IMG/VR virus record: IMGVR_UViG_3300023174_006137
Coordinates: 1-64,000 of that record
Length of the DNA: 64,000 nt
Strand: one strand, 5' to 3'
Source of the DNA: a virus
The notes under the pieces: generated by a model
Told to the model about the DNA's origin: nothing
Databases searched by the model: none
What the model saw: only the letters and a program-made list of their open reading frames with translations
Shown here: in pieces, positions 38,142 to 49,152 of the stretch
Position numbering within the stretch: the stretch's first letter is position 1
Layout: each line of letters starts with the position of its first letter
Translations under genes and position numbers: made by a program

Positions 38142-38414
38142 TTAAATCTTCAAATTGTCCAAAATTGAATTATATTTATCTTTTGCTTTTTTGATTAATT
38201 CTTCAGCATCTTTTTGTATAGTATATTGTGCTTCAAAATATTCACAAGAAGCTTCTAAATGTTTAATTAATTTATTGCCTTTGTCAGTCATCACAATATC
38301 TCCATTTTTATTTTTCTGAAGATAATTATTTTTCAATAATTCTTGTTGTTCTACTTCACCAATAACGGTTCCTGTTTTGATAGCTAATAAAGCTAAAATT
38401 GAATGTTTATTCAT
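38142..38414 (-). CDS. hypothetical protein (possible winged helix)
   Basis: LLKNNYL....IVMTDKG pattern; start at ATG 38414. Confidence 0.55.
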   Translation of the reverse strand: MNKHSILALLAIKTGTVIGEVEQQELLKNNYLQKNKNGDIVMTDKGNKLIKHLEASCEYFEAQYTIQKDAEELIKKAKDKYNSILDNLKI

Positions 38415-38425
38415 AATTTTTATTT

Positions 38426-40000
<1,575 letters not shown>

Positions 40001-40076
40001 AACAAAATTTTTATGAGAAAATTAAAGAAATGTTTTAATAATCATAAAATGATTATTTTATTTTAATATATAATAT

Positions 40077-40250
40077 ATGAAAAAATTAAAAAGTGAAAAA
40101 GATAGAAGAATTAGATTATCAATTACTTTATCAGCGGAATTGAAAAAAGAAATTGATGAGAATACAACTAATAGGTCAAGATTTATTGAATATGTCTTAT
40201 TAGAGCATTTTAATAAGTGTGGTATAGATACAAAAAAAATTAAATTATAA
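40077..40250 (+). CDS. small ribbon-helix-helix protein (not in the ORF track)
   Basis: 57 aa MKKLKSEKDRRIRLSITLSAELKKEIDENTTNRSRFIEYVLLEHF...; stop 1 nt before the HNH ATG. Confidence 0.7.
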   Translation: MKKLKSEKDRRIRLSITLSAELKKEIDENTTNRSRFIEYVLLEHFNKCGIDTKKIKL

Positions 40251-40251
40251 A

Positions 40252-41052
40252 ATGATTTTGACAAAAGAAAAAGAAATAATAGTTAATTCAAGAGTAGTTT
40301 CGTATTATAGAAATCTTGGTTATAATGCACATCCAAATAAAAAATTAATAGTACCGGTAGAACATCTTAATAAAGGAAGTCATATTGAAATAAATGTTAA
40401 ATGTGATAAATGTGGCTTTGAAAGTTTTATTCAATATAAAACATATTATATGATCACAAAATATGATGGATTATATTATTGTCGTAAAAATAAATGTTTT
40501 ACTGAAAAAGTTAAGAAAACAACATTAGATAAATATGGTGTAAGTAATACTTCGAAATTAAAAGATAAACAAAATAAATGGAAAAAAACTAATTTAGAAA
40601 AATATGGTGTTGAAAATACATTCCAGTCAGAAATAATTAAAGAAAAAATAAAACAATACTATCGTGATAATTATGATGGAGCAGAGTGGAATACACAAAT
40701 AAAAGAAATTCGTGATAAAAATGGTTGGATACCAGATGAAAATTTAGAAGGATTTGAAAAATATATCAGAATTGTTAGAAGATTAACAAAAAGAAATAAA
40801 AAAGAATTATTTGAAAAATGGAATGGATATGATTATTATGACGGTGAATGTATCAAAAATAATTTTATATTGAAATCAACTGATAAAAATTATCCAACCA
40901 TAGATCATAAAATTAGTATTAAATATGGATTTCTAAATGGTGTAGATGAGAAAATTATATCTTCTATTGAAAATCTATGTATAACCAAAAAGAAAATCAA
41001 TTCGACTAAAAATTATAAAATAGAAATTGATTTTATCAAAAATAATATATAA
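40252..41052 (+). CDS. HNH-type endonuclease with Zn-ribbon and KYG repeats, paralog of 24156..25034
   Basis: KCDKCG, KYGV repeats, WNGYDYYDGE, PTIDHKIS..NLCITKKKINSTKN. Confidence 0.7.
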   Translation: MILTKEKEIIVNSRVVSYYRNLGYNAHPNKKLIVPVEHLNKGSHIEINVKCDKCGFESFIQYKTYYMITKYDGLYYCRKNKCFTEKVKKTTLDKYGVSNTSKLKDKQNKWKKTNLEKYGVENTFQSEIIKEKIKQYYRDNYDGAEWNTQIKEIRDKNGWIPDENLEGFEKYIRIVRRLTKRNKKELFEKWNGYDYYDGECIKNNFILKSTDKNYPTIDHKISIKYGFLNGVDEKIISSIENLCITKKKINSTKNYKIEIDFIKNNI

Positions 41053-41055
41053 AAC

Positions 41056-41361
41056 ATGAAAATAATTAAATACAACGAATTTCTGGATAATGAAGAAACA
41101 TTAATTAAAGGATTGATAAAAGAAAGTGAATTCACCTCATCGTCCGATTTAGAGTTTATAGCAAATCGAAATTGTTATAAAGAACTAATAAAATTAGGTG
41201 AAAAAGTTTTACCTTTTATTTTCGAAAGTAAACACCTTTTGATATGGGATATCGCTTTAAAAAAAATAACTAAAATTGATTTACCAGACTTTGATTCAAA
41301 CCAAAGAGTGAAATTTTGGAAAAATTGGGCTATGGAAAATGGATATATTAGAAGAAATTGA
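41056..41361 (+). CDS. small helical protein with leader-like N-terminus
   Basis: MKIIKYNEFL; CYKELIKLGEKVLPFI..WDIALKKIT..W.NWA.ENGY. Confidence 0.65.
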   Translation: MKIIKYNEFLDNEETLIKGLIKESEFTSSSDLEFIANRNCYKELIKLGEKVLPFIFESKHLLIWDIALKKITKIDLPDFDSNQRVKFWKNWAMENGYIRRN

Positions 41362-41773
41362 ATTGTGGTTTCCTAACATAGTAGGACATCCATTAAAAAT
41401 ATATAAAACCGAAGAATTAGACTATAATTGTTTAGCACATGTTTTAGGATTGAAACATTGGATTTGGACTAACGAAAAATGGCCTAAACCAAATGTACCA
41501 AGAGATTTAGGATTAGAATCATTTAGATTATTATTCAAAGAATATGGATATTCGATTATAACTGAAAATTCTTATGAAATTGGTTATGATAAAATTGCAA
41601 TTTATGTAAAAAATGGATATCCTACACATGTATGCAAGCAATCACAAAATATGTGGCAAAGTAAATTAGGAACAAGATTTTATATATTAGAACACAAGTT
41701 AGAATGGCTGACTGGTGATACTGATGATGCCTATGGTGAAATAGGTTTAATTGTTAAGAGAAAAATTATTTAA
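41339..41773 (+). CDS. putative papain/transglutaminase-like Cys-His protein
   Basis: DYNCLAH, PTHVCKQ, WQSKLG, EHKLE..G..YGEI. Confidence 0.55.
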   Translation: MDILEEIELWFPNIVGHPLKIYKTEELDYNCLAHVLGLKHWIWTNEKWPKPNVPRDLGLESFRLLFKEYGYSIITENSYEIGYDKIAIYVKNGYPTHVCKQSQNMWQSKLGTRFYILEHKLEWLTGDTDDAYGEIGLIVKRKII

Positions 41774-42038
41774 CTATTATTTTTTGTGGTATAACAATTT
41801 TTATTGGTGTTTTTGTTATACTTTTTGTTAATTCTTTTTTAGTTACACGCTTTGTTTTCTGTTTAGGTTCTTTTGGAACATAAAGTGGTGCAGTGCATAC
41901 CCAACCTTTCATAACATCTTCCATCGTAACATCATCTTCAATTAGAATCCAATTAGAACCAGAACAAGCGTATCTACCAGATATCGTATTTATAATAGCA
42001 GGTGGTAAAAAACCTTCTATTTTAATATCTTTATTCAT
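41766..42038 (-). CDS. hypothetical protein
   Basis: Start ATG 42038 overlaps the upstream stop. Confidence 0.6.
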   Translation of the reverse strand: MNKDIKIEGFLPPAIINTISGRYACSGSNWILIEDDVTMEDVMKGWVCTAPLYVPKEPKQKTKRVTKKELTKSITKTPIKIVIPQKIIVK

Positions 42039-43041
42039 CTTCGTATTCATCATCTTCATATTCTTTTATATACTCATTATTAATTTCTGCAAATTTTTCG
42101 AGTATTTTTTGATGTTCTTTTTTCTCACCACACTGCGGAGTTAAATACTGAACAAATGGTGCCCAATAATGAGACATGCAATGTAAATTAAATTGAATTG
42201 AAGTTAATTGACACAATAAATCACCAAATGTTTTATAATCATCAAGATATTTGTCAGTTAAATTAGATATTTCAACTTTATTTATATTTAGTCTTTTATA
42301 AAATAGTTTAGAACTCCAACTATATCCATCCACCCCCATTACATTAAATAATAATGATGCAACTTTTTCTTCAGGATATATACTCCACATTTCCCATTCA
42401 TATTTATTTTTCAAATCATCAAGTTCTTTTTCAATTCCAAACTTTTTAGCAAATTGAGAAATAAGATAAACACTAGCAGCTTTATCATTTTTATCAAATT
42501 GTATCCAAGTTCCATCAGAATAAAAAACTTGTTCACCACGAGTCCATATTTGGTTATATCTTTTTGGATCATAAGTTGGATTGTTATCGCTTTTACCAAT
42601 AAAAGTACATCCAAGATGTGTCAATAAAGTTTCATCCCCCATATCAAAACTTCCAATGCCACCAAACGATTTATTACGATTTGAAACTAAAAAATCATAA
42701 ACTTTACGGTCAATCCACATATATGTCCAATTTTTTATTTCTTCAACCTTTTTTAAGTATTGTGGAAAATCATCTTCATCATCTCTTATTGGACCTCTTG
42801 TTAGAAAATAACAAAAATCATGAATAGTGCAATTAAAATGTTTTTCTATCAATTCAGTATTTTTATCACTTTGTATATTTTCAATACCACCATAATCATC
42901 ATATTCTCCGAATATTGGAAGTGTTGCTGGTATATAAGGAAAATTTCCTACAGGTGGTTTTTTCAACGGAAGAAAAACACATTCTTGTCCTGATGTGATA
43001 GTAATATTACTTAAACCGCAATAAACTGACCATGAACCCAT
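42031..43041 (-). CDS. hypothetical phage protein
   Basis: 336 aa MGSWSVYCGLSNITI..LPIFGEYDDYG; host-type promoter upstream (TATCTTTG at 43069-43076). Confidence 0.75.
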   Translation of the reverse strand: MGSWSVYCGLSNITITSGQECVFLPLKKPPVGNFPYIPATLPIFGEYDDYGGIENIQSDKNTELIEKHFNCTIHDFCYFLTRGPIRDDEDDFPQYLKKVEEIKNWTYMWIDRKVYDFLVSNRNKSFGGIGSFDMGDETLLTHLGCTFIGKSDNNPTYDPKRYNQIWTRGEQVFYSDGTWIQFDKNDKAASVYLISQFAKKFGIEKELDDLKNKYEWEMWSIYPEEKVASLLFNVMGVDGYSWSSKLFYKRLNINKVEISNLTDKYLDDYKTFGDLLCQLTSIQFNLHCMSHYWAPFVQYLTPQCGEKKEHQKILEKFAEINNEYIKEYEDDEYEDE

Positions 43042-43181
43042 ATATTTTTATATTTTTTGATTAAAAAGCAAAGATAAAGAAAAAAAATTGAAACAAAAAA
43101 TTTTTGTGAAACACTTTTTGTTATATATGTTTTGTCGAAGATCGGCAACATCATGATATAATATATACTACTATTATAATA

Positions 43182-43895
43182 CTATATGAATATTTCTTTT
43201 ATGTCATTCATTACAAATTCCATACCTTCGGTTGCTTTTTCTTGTACATGTGTGAAGAATGGTCGTTTTTGTTTTGGAACAATAAATCTTATATCATCTG
43301 GGTCTATATAATAGATTAAACAATTTTCAGGTGTTTCCCAAGGCATACTTGCTGCTGTTTGTACTTGCATTGAAGTTCCAACTATAATTAAAATATCAGC
43401 CTCATAAATTGCATTTAAAGAATTTTGATATTCCTCGTAAGGTAAGTTTTCACCAAATAATATAATATCAGGACGCATTTGTGCACCATCAGGACATACA
43501 TCACCTGGTTTTACATCATCAATATAATCAATAACATATGCAGGATTAAATGATGAACGCAATTTTGATAAATCACCATGTAAATGATATATAGTTGAAC
43601 TACCAGCCTTTTCATGAAGATTATCAATATTCTGTGTTACTACGGTAACATCAAATAATTCTTCTAATTCTTTACAAATTAAATGAGCCTTATTTGGTTT
43701 GATTGTTTTCATTTCATTTTTTCGTAAATTGTAAAACTTACAAAAATTTTCCAAATTATTTTTTATAGCATATGGTGTTGCTACATCTTCAATTTTGAAT
43801 TCATTCCAATAACCATCTGCTGAATCACGAAATGTTCTAACACCAGATTCTTTGCTAATACCAGCTCCGGTTAAAATTACTATTTTTCTTTTCAT
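43182..43895 (-). CDS. cobB: Sir2-family NAD-dependent deacylase
   Basis: LTGAGISKESG..TFR, PNKAH, TQNIDNLHEKAG, HLHG, RPDIILFGE, VGTS. Confidence 0.9.
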   Translation of the reverse strand: MKRKIVILTGAGISKESGVRTFRDSADGYWNEFKIEDVATPYAIKNNLENFCKFYNLRKNEMKTIKPNKAHLICKELEELFDVTVVTQNIDNLHEKAGSSTIYHLHGDLSKLRSSFNPAYVIDYIDDVKPGDVCPDGAQMRPDIILFGENLPYEEYQNSLNAIYEADILIIVGTSMQVQTAASMPWETPENCLIYYIDPDDIRFIVPKQKRPFFTHVQEKATEGMEFVMNDIKEIFI

Positions 43896-43903
43896 ATTAT
43901 CTA

Positions 43904-44197
43904 TTAATCAATTATTTTAATTACTTTACCAAATACATTTTTAGTCCAACCATTTACATATCCATGATTATTAGAGATTTGAACTCCTTTTATATCATTT
44001 TTTGCTGTTACTAAGTGAGTATAGTAAGAACCTTTAACTTTACAAAATACTATATCACCAATTTTTACTTCTTCTAATGTAATTGGTGCCAAAATATGTT
44101 TTTGATTTGATTTTATAAGAGGTGTCATTGAATTTCCTTTTTCAGATGTTTCGAATGTTTTACCTTCTTGTAATAATTTTTGTTTATAGTGTATCAT
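43904..44197 (-). CDS. S24/S26 peptidase-like small protein
   Basis: KGNSMTPLI, GDIVFCKV, YYTHLV. Confidence 0.65.
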   Translation of the reverse strand: MIHYKQKLLQEGKTFETSEKGNSMTPLIKSNQKHILAPITLEEVKIGDIVFCKVKGSYYTHLVTAKNDIKGVQISNNHGYVNGWTKNVFGKVIKIID

Positions 44198-44199
44198 AC

Positions 44200-44709
44200 T
44201 TAATCTTTATCATAAATAATTTTCAAATTTTCCAATTGTTTACACATATTGTTTATAAAATCGTTAAAATAATTTAATTCTATGTTATAGTTTCTATAAG
44301 TAATCATTTGCCAAATAAATTCATCTGTTTTTTTAAATAGATTTTTTGATAAGTGAAAATTATTACTATTACATAATTCATATAAATAATGATAATTAAA
44401 ATCAATAGGTAATTTTAATCTTAAGTGTGATTCATAATAAATATGATTTTCATTTTTTATTTGTTCTGGTTGCAATTCAACTTTTTGTCTAATTACTTTA
44501 TATTTGGTTTCTAAATTAGAAACTAGATAATTTAGTGTAGAAAGATAATGACTTCCTGAATGTTTCGAGGAAGTCATTACTTGATATAAAAAATTATCTT
44601 TATTTTGTGTTTCAATTATAATAGGTTTAACACCTATATTAGAACAAAATGATTTAAATTCTTCTAAATTATCGCAATTGGATATTGTTATATGGATCTC
44701 GTAATTCAT
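44200..44709 (-). CDS. hypothetical phage protein (YEIHIT / YYESH motifs)
   Basis: Two E.H motifs and HLSKN; ends abruptly. Confidence 0.65.
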   Translation of the reverse strand: MNYEIHITISNCDNLEEFKSFCSNIGVKPIIIETQNKDNFLYQVMTSSKHSGSHYLSTLNYLVSNLETKYKVIRQKVELQPEQIKNENHIYYESHLRLKLPIDFNYHYLYELCNSNNFHLSKNLFKKTDEFIWQMITYRNYNIELNYFNDFINNMCKQLENLKIIYDKD

Positions 44710-45178
44710 ATTTATTAGAAAGTTTAATTAATTTCTTTTTATAATCAGGAGATTTGGCATAATTTCTATGCAAATACGCTATATATTGTGCTTTCGTTTT
44801 TATATTATTTCTGGCAAAAACATAATCTTGATATAATTTATAATCAGCAATACATTGAAACCAATGTGAATATTTAGCATAACCATGATTATTAACAGCA
44901 AATGTTTCTCTTTTAGATGGAACCGTCATGCCTAAAAGATTATTATTTATTTTGCATAATTTTGAAGTTAAATAACCGGATTCAATCATAATTTGTGATA
45001 ACACAACTTTTGGAAATCTAATGTTATTTAGCAATAAAGCTACATAAACATTTTCTTCTGTAAGATTAGAATCAATTGATATTGGTTTATTATTTTCTGG
45101 CGCTGAGTTTGCTTTTTGGCTATTATTTACTAAAAAAATAGATAAAAACAAGCAAAAGCAAATGATTAATTTTTTCAT
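44669..45178 (-). CDS. glucosaminidase (GH73-like) cell-wall hydrolase with signal peptide
   Basis: QIMIESG, NNNLLGM, YAKY, NYAKSPDY. Confidence 0.75.
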   Translation of the reverse strand: MKKLIICFCLFLSIFLVNNSQKANSAPENNKPISIDSNLTEENVYVALLLNNIRFPKVVLSQIMIESGYLTSKLCKINNNLLGMTVPSKRETFAVNNHGYAKYSHWFQCIADYKLYQDYVFARNNIKTKAQYIAYLHRNYAKSPDYKKKLIKLSNKYELRDPYNNIQLR

Positions 45179-45200
45179 ATGTTATTTGTTTTTATTTTTG

Positions 45201-45231
45201 CAAAAATACAATAAAAAATTGAGATTTCAAA
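45201..45231 (-). promoter_or_regulatory. Bacteroidota sigma70-type promoter
   Basis: Minus strand TTTG (45228-45231), 19-nt spacer, TATTTTTG (45201-45208). Confidence 0.7.
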
Positions 45232-45278
45232 AAAATTTAAAATCTCAATTAAATTATAGTATATTTTATATATAAAGT

Positions 45279-45551
45279 TTAAATTTCTGAATTTTTAGCT
45301 GCTGTATTCCAGCCATTATTCCAAGCTGTAATTAAATTTGGATTTGGAAATTGTTCTTTTTCATAAGGATTTTCTTTTTCATTTTTTTCAAATGCTTCAA
45401 AACCTTTTTGAAAAGCAATTGTTTCATCATCATAAGAATAACCTCTGTATGGTAGTGTAATAGTATTATTTAATTCAGGTGTTCCTCTATTTCCAGCAGT
45501 CCAAACCGCACCAACATAAAAATTTTCATTAAATAATTTAATATACTTCAT
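45279..45551 (-). CDS. hypothetical protein with MKYIKLFNE leader
   Basis: Leader motif; C-terminal GF.AF....NPY...AW.NGW; TTATATATA upstream. Confidence 0.7.
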   Translation of the reverse strand: MKYIKLFNENFYVGAVWTAGNRGTPELNNTITLPYRGYSYDDETIAFQKGFEAFEKNEKENPYEKEQFPNPNLITAWNNGWNTAAKNSEI

Positions 45552-45611
45552 TTAGTATATATAAAAAAAGCACAAAATTGAGTGCTTTTTAAACCAGAAA
45601 ATAAATTAAAA

Positions 45612-46145
45612 TTATTTTTTCTTAGTATTAGATAGTTTAGCTTCCATTTCATGGAAAATTTTATCACCAATTTTTTGGTAGAAACTTTCTAATTTATAGA
45701 AAATGCGGTTGAAGATTTTAACAATAGGATTGCTAATTAAAGTCCAAATACCAGAAATTGGCCAGTAAATCATCCAGTGCGTAATCAGAACTTTATTTTC
45801 AGATGCCTGGAATTTACCCTCGCTTGCATTAACATAAGGGTCGTGTAATTTTTTATTACTTAAATCAATTAGATGAAGATACCATTTTACAATTGAGTAA
45901 AGTGTTCCTGCAACAAAATAGCCGACAAAAAGTAATAAAGAATAACCCCAATTCTGAGCAATCCAAGTAAAAATAGTTTTCATTTCAACTTGACATCCTA
46001 GTTTGTAAAGAGCAAACATTGTTGCTACAAATACAACATCAGCCCAGCCTTCATTCTCGTTTTCAATAAGTGCAACGATGCTACAAAACGATACAAAAAG
46101 TAGCACCCAAAATCCAATGGATCCAAATAAAAAAAGTGTTAGCAT
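45612..46145 (-). CDS. multi-pass membrane protein
   Basis: 3-4 hydrophobic segments; W..YWP.S motif. Confidence 0.75.
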   Translation of the reverse strand: MLTLFLFGSIGFWVLLFVSFCSIVALIENENEGWADVVFVATMFALYKLGCQVEMKTIFTWIAQNWGYSLLLFVGYFVAGTLYSIVKWYLHLIDLSNKKLHDPYVNASEGKFQASENKVLITHWMIYWPISGIWTLISNPIVKIFNRIFYKLESFYQKIGDKIFHEMEAKLSNTKKK

Positions 46146-46177
46146 AAATCTTTTATGTTTTAATTGTTTATAAAACG

Positions 46178-46209
46178 CAAAGATACACTAACACTTTTAA
46201 TTTAACAAA
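46178..46209 (-). promoter_or_regulatory. Bacteroidota sigma70-type promoter
   Basis: Minus strand TTTG (46206-46209), 20-nt spacer, TATCTTTG (46178-46185). Confidence 0.75.
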
Positions 46210-46220
46210 AAAGTTTATAT

Positions 46221-46745
46221 TTATTTTTTCTTAATTTCTTTTGGTTTTAAAGTCATTAACCATTTATTACCTTCTAATTTAGGTAGAGCTTCAGGTGCTC
46301 CTACATTTTCAACTAAGGTTGCGAATTTTAGCATTACTAATTCACCTCTTTCGGGCATCATATTTTGTCTACCTCTTAATTGAATAATACATTTTACTTT
46401 ATCACCATCTTCTAAAAACTCAACTGCTTTTCTTGATTTGGTATTTAGATCATTATCAGCAATTTCACAAGAAAGTTTAATTTCATGTATTTGGTTTTTA
46501 GCAGCATTTTTTTTACTTTCTTTTTGCTTTTTATGAAGATTATAAAGGAATTTATTGTATTCTTCAATTTTTACAACTGGTATTCCATTACCTTCGGAAA
46601 TTACAATTAAATCTTTTTGTTGATTAAAAGCAATTTTTAATGCTTCTGTTGTTGACAATATAACCGGTTCGCCATTACCGACTAACCTTACTTGCGTTGT
46701 TTTAATATCCGTGTTAATTCTGTGCAGCTTTTCAGGCTTTTTCAT
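46221..46745 (-). CDS. infC: translation initiation factor IF-3
   Basis: RINTDI...VRLV, HEIKLS..IADNDL.TK, FLEDGDKVK..I.LRGRQ, PKLEG. Confidence 0.9.
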   Translation of the reverse strand: MKKPEKLHRINTDIKTTQVRLVGNGEPVILSTTEALKIAFNQQKDLIVISEGNGIPVVKIEEYNKFLYNLHKKQKESKKNAAKNQIHEIKLSCEIADNDLNTKSRKAVEFLEDGDKVKCIIQLRGRQNMMPERGELVMLKFATLVENVGAPEALPKLEGNKWLMTLKPKEIKKK

Positions 46746-46775
46746 TAAAAGAAATTTTTGTTACGAATTTTTATA

Positions 46776-46807
46776 CAAAATTAAGAAAAAGTTTTTAATT
46801 AATCAAA
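46776..46807 (-). promoter_or_regulatory. Bacteroidota sigma70-type promoter
   Basis: Minus strand TTTG (46804-46807), 20-nt spacer, TAATTTTG (46776-46783). Confidence 0.7.
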
Positions 46808-47338
46808 AAATTTTTTAAAACTCTTTAGGTATTTAAATGTATTATTTTCTTTTAAATCATTTAACATTTTAAGATATTTATAATATGCTTCTTTATCATT
46901 TTTATCAAGAGCTTTTTGGATTTCTTCTTTTATTTCTTCTGATGAAAGTGGGTTTTCGGTTAATTTCATTGCTAATGCTGGATTTTCTCCTTCTATTTCA
47001 ATTTTTATATTTTGTCCAAAAAGGTGTCTTAATCTTGATTCTAAGTAATCATGTAAACTTTGGTTTGTAAAATCAAAAAATTGTCCTTCACTTTCATTTA
47101 AAATCTCGATAAGAACCTGTATAAAATCTGCCAACGAATTTTCAGTTTCTTCAGTATAATTGATAGAAATATTAATATTTCTATCACCTCCATATTCGTG
47201 AAAATTAAATTCAATTTGATTATTATTTTTTTTTAAAAATAATTCTGATCCTCCTTCGATAGGAATTCTATATTGACCAGCAATTTCTTGGTAGTTTATA
47301 TCAGTAAAATCTAAAAAATCACCTAAATTATTTAACAT
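46799..47338 (-). CDS. hypothetical protein with C-terminal copy of the leader motif
   Basis: IQKALDKND helical hairpin, then LKENNTFKYLKSFKKFFD. Confidence 0.7.
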   Translation of the reverse strand: MLNNLGDFLDFTDINYQEIAGQYRIPIEGGSELFLKKNNNQIEFNFHEYGGDRNINISINYTEETENSLADFIQVLIEILNESEGQFFDFTNQSLHDYLESRLRHLFGQNIKIEIEGENPALAMKLTENPLSSEEIKEEIQKALDKNDKEAYYKYLKMLNDLKENNTFKYLKSFKKFFD

Positions 47339-47447
47339 TTATTTTATATTTTTTATGTATATATTTAATTTTTATGTGTTGAAAATTTCATTAATTCAAA
47401 ACTTTACTTTATATTTGCAATATACTCTTATAAATGTTTATTTGGAT

Positions 47448-47936
47448 ATGCAAATTAAAATAACACCAGAGGACATCGTTAAGCGTGGTATGTGGGATTT
47501 CTACACATATTACATTATCGGTTCAGAAAAAGAGTCACAAGAACTTTTAAAGAAAAATGAAGAATTTATTTTATCTGAAAAAGATGCAATTGTAATCGGT
47601 TTATTGAAAGTAATGGAAACAGATAATCTTATACATAGGTTTAATGATTATTTGGTTCATTTTTTATCAATTCGTTCAATAAAAGAAAAATCTGATGCAT
47701 TAATTAAAAAGAAAACATTAGAATCTGCAATTGAAAAATTTATGGGTAAATTTCCTATTTATTGGAAAGCACCTATAAATTATCAAAATTCTTTAAAAGA
47801 TTTAAAAGTATATGTGGATGATTTAAACGCAAAAATTTCAGAACTTGAAGTAATGGCAGTTACAATTCAAAATATAAGTTATGATTTTTATTCAACCAAT
47901 GCAATAAGGAAAATGTTAAATTTTAATAACTACTAA
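47448..47936 (+). CDS. hypothetical protein
   Basis: Start moved to ATG 47448 (MQIKITPED), downstream of TATATTTG at 47410-47417. Confidence 0.7.
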   Translation: MQIKITPEDIVKRGMWDFYTYYIIGSEKESQELLKKNEEFILSEKDAIVIGLLKVMETDNLIHRFNDYLVHFLSIRSIKEKSDALIKKKTLESAIEKFMGKFPIYWKAPINYQNSLKDLKVYVDDLNAKISELEVMAVTIQNISYDFYSTNAIRKMLNFNNY

Positions 47937-47942
47937 TATAAT

Positions 47943-48434
47943 ATGAATAACAAATTAGATTTAGAACAACTAGCCTTTGATAATCCTAATGATTTTGAAT
48001 TAGGTGGCAAAATTAGAAAAACAATTAATGAACAAGATAATTTGGATGAATTACAACCAGATTGGAAAGATCTTTATTTAAGATTATCAGCAGAATTTGA
48101 TAATTTCCGCAAAAGAGTTCAAAAAGAAAAAGAAGATTTAGTTATTTCAACTAAAACGGCTATGATTGAGCCTATTCTTGATTTAGATAATGATTTATCT
48201 ATTGCGGCTAAACATTCTAATGATCCAGGTATTAGTTTAATTATATCTAAATTAGATAAATTTTTACAAAATCAAGGAATACAAACTGTTCAAACAGATA
48301 CTTATGATGAGAATTTACATGAAGTTGTTGCTATCACACAAACAGGTAGTAAGAAAATTCATGAAGTTGCATCAAAAGGTTATATGATTGGAGATAAAAT
48401 AATAAGATATCCAAAGATTGTTCTTTCTGAATAA
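47943..48434 (+). CDS. grpE: nucleotide exchange factor GrpE
   Basis: YLRLSAEFDNFRKR, YDENLHEVV, KGYMIGDKIIRYPKIV. Confidence 0.9.
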   Translation: MNNKLDLEQLAFDNPNDFELGGKIRKTINEQDNLDELQPDWKDLYLRLSAEFDNFRKRVQKEKEDLVISTKTAMIEPILDLDNDLSIAAKHSNDPGISLIISKLDKFLQNQGIQTVQTDTYDENLHEVVAITQTGSKKIHEVASKGYMIGDKIIRYPKIVLSE

Positions 48435-48463
48435 TTTTGGATATCTTATTGTAAGTTAATTAA

Positions 48464-49057
48464 TTAAGCTAAAAGATTATAAAATTCTTTAGTGTGCTTT
48501 TTTCTATCTTCTAAACCGATAGTCCCACCATTAACACATTTGGTAACAGCAGTGATTACATCATCACCTATGCCTGCATCACATTTTTTAACACAATTTT
48601 TGCTAAAAAACCATGCAGCAGAAGCAAGAGCATATTTGGTTGCAACTAAATCTGGATTAGCAGTTAAATCTTCACCGATGGCTGCGCCAAATGCTTTGTA
48701 ATTATCTTTACCAGTTAATTGTATAAAACCACGACCGTGAAATTTATAGCCTTCACCAGATGCTTCATTGCCATTTCCCATACGATTTCCGTATACTAAA
48801 TTAGCTATTTTTTGTGGATTTCTATGGTAAGCAGCAGTATCTTTACCTTTAAAGTATTTTGGGAAAATAGCCAAAAGTCTATCTCCTGAATAATTAAGGT
48901 TTTCTTTAACAAGTGAAAAATTACCTGATTCATGTCCTGCTTGACCTAGGAAATGTGCTAAACGATAAGGAGTATTAATTTCAAACTTTTCCATTACTAA
49001 TGGAATTTGAGCTAATACTGAATCTGGAATGTGTCCTTTTAATTTGTCCAAGTTCAT
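48464..49057 (-). CDS. GH19 family endolysin (chitinase-like muramidase)
   Basis: RLAHFLGQAGHESG, ENLNYS, GRGFIQLTG..NY, SAAWFF, VNGG..GLEDR. Confidence 0.9.
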   Translation of the reverse strand: MNLDKLKGHIPDSVLAQIPLVMEKFEINTPYRLAHFLGQAGHESGNFSLVKENLNYSGDRLLAIFPKYFKGKDTAAYHRNPQKIANLVYGNRMGNGNEASGEGYKFHGRGFIQLTGKDNYKAFGAAIGEDLTANPDLVATKYALASAAWFFSKNCVKKCDAGIGDDVITAVTKCVNGGTIGLEDRKKHTKEFYNLLA

Positions 49058-49152
49058 ATAATAATCTTTTTTTATTATATATAACTTTTAAAAAACAATT
49101 TTATTAATTTTTAATATAAACAGTTGCAAATACTAAAAAAAATAATTTTAAT

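Noticed and set aside
43127-43150. Small hairpin (ttgtcga-aga-tcggcaa) as an ncRNA
   Set aside because: Too short to support; may be a weak terminator after the sirtuin gene
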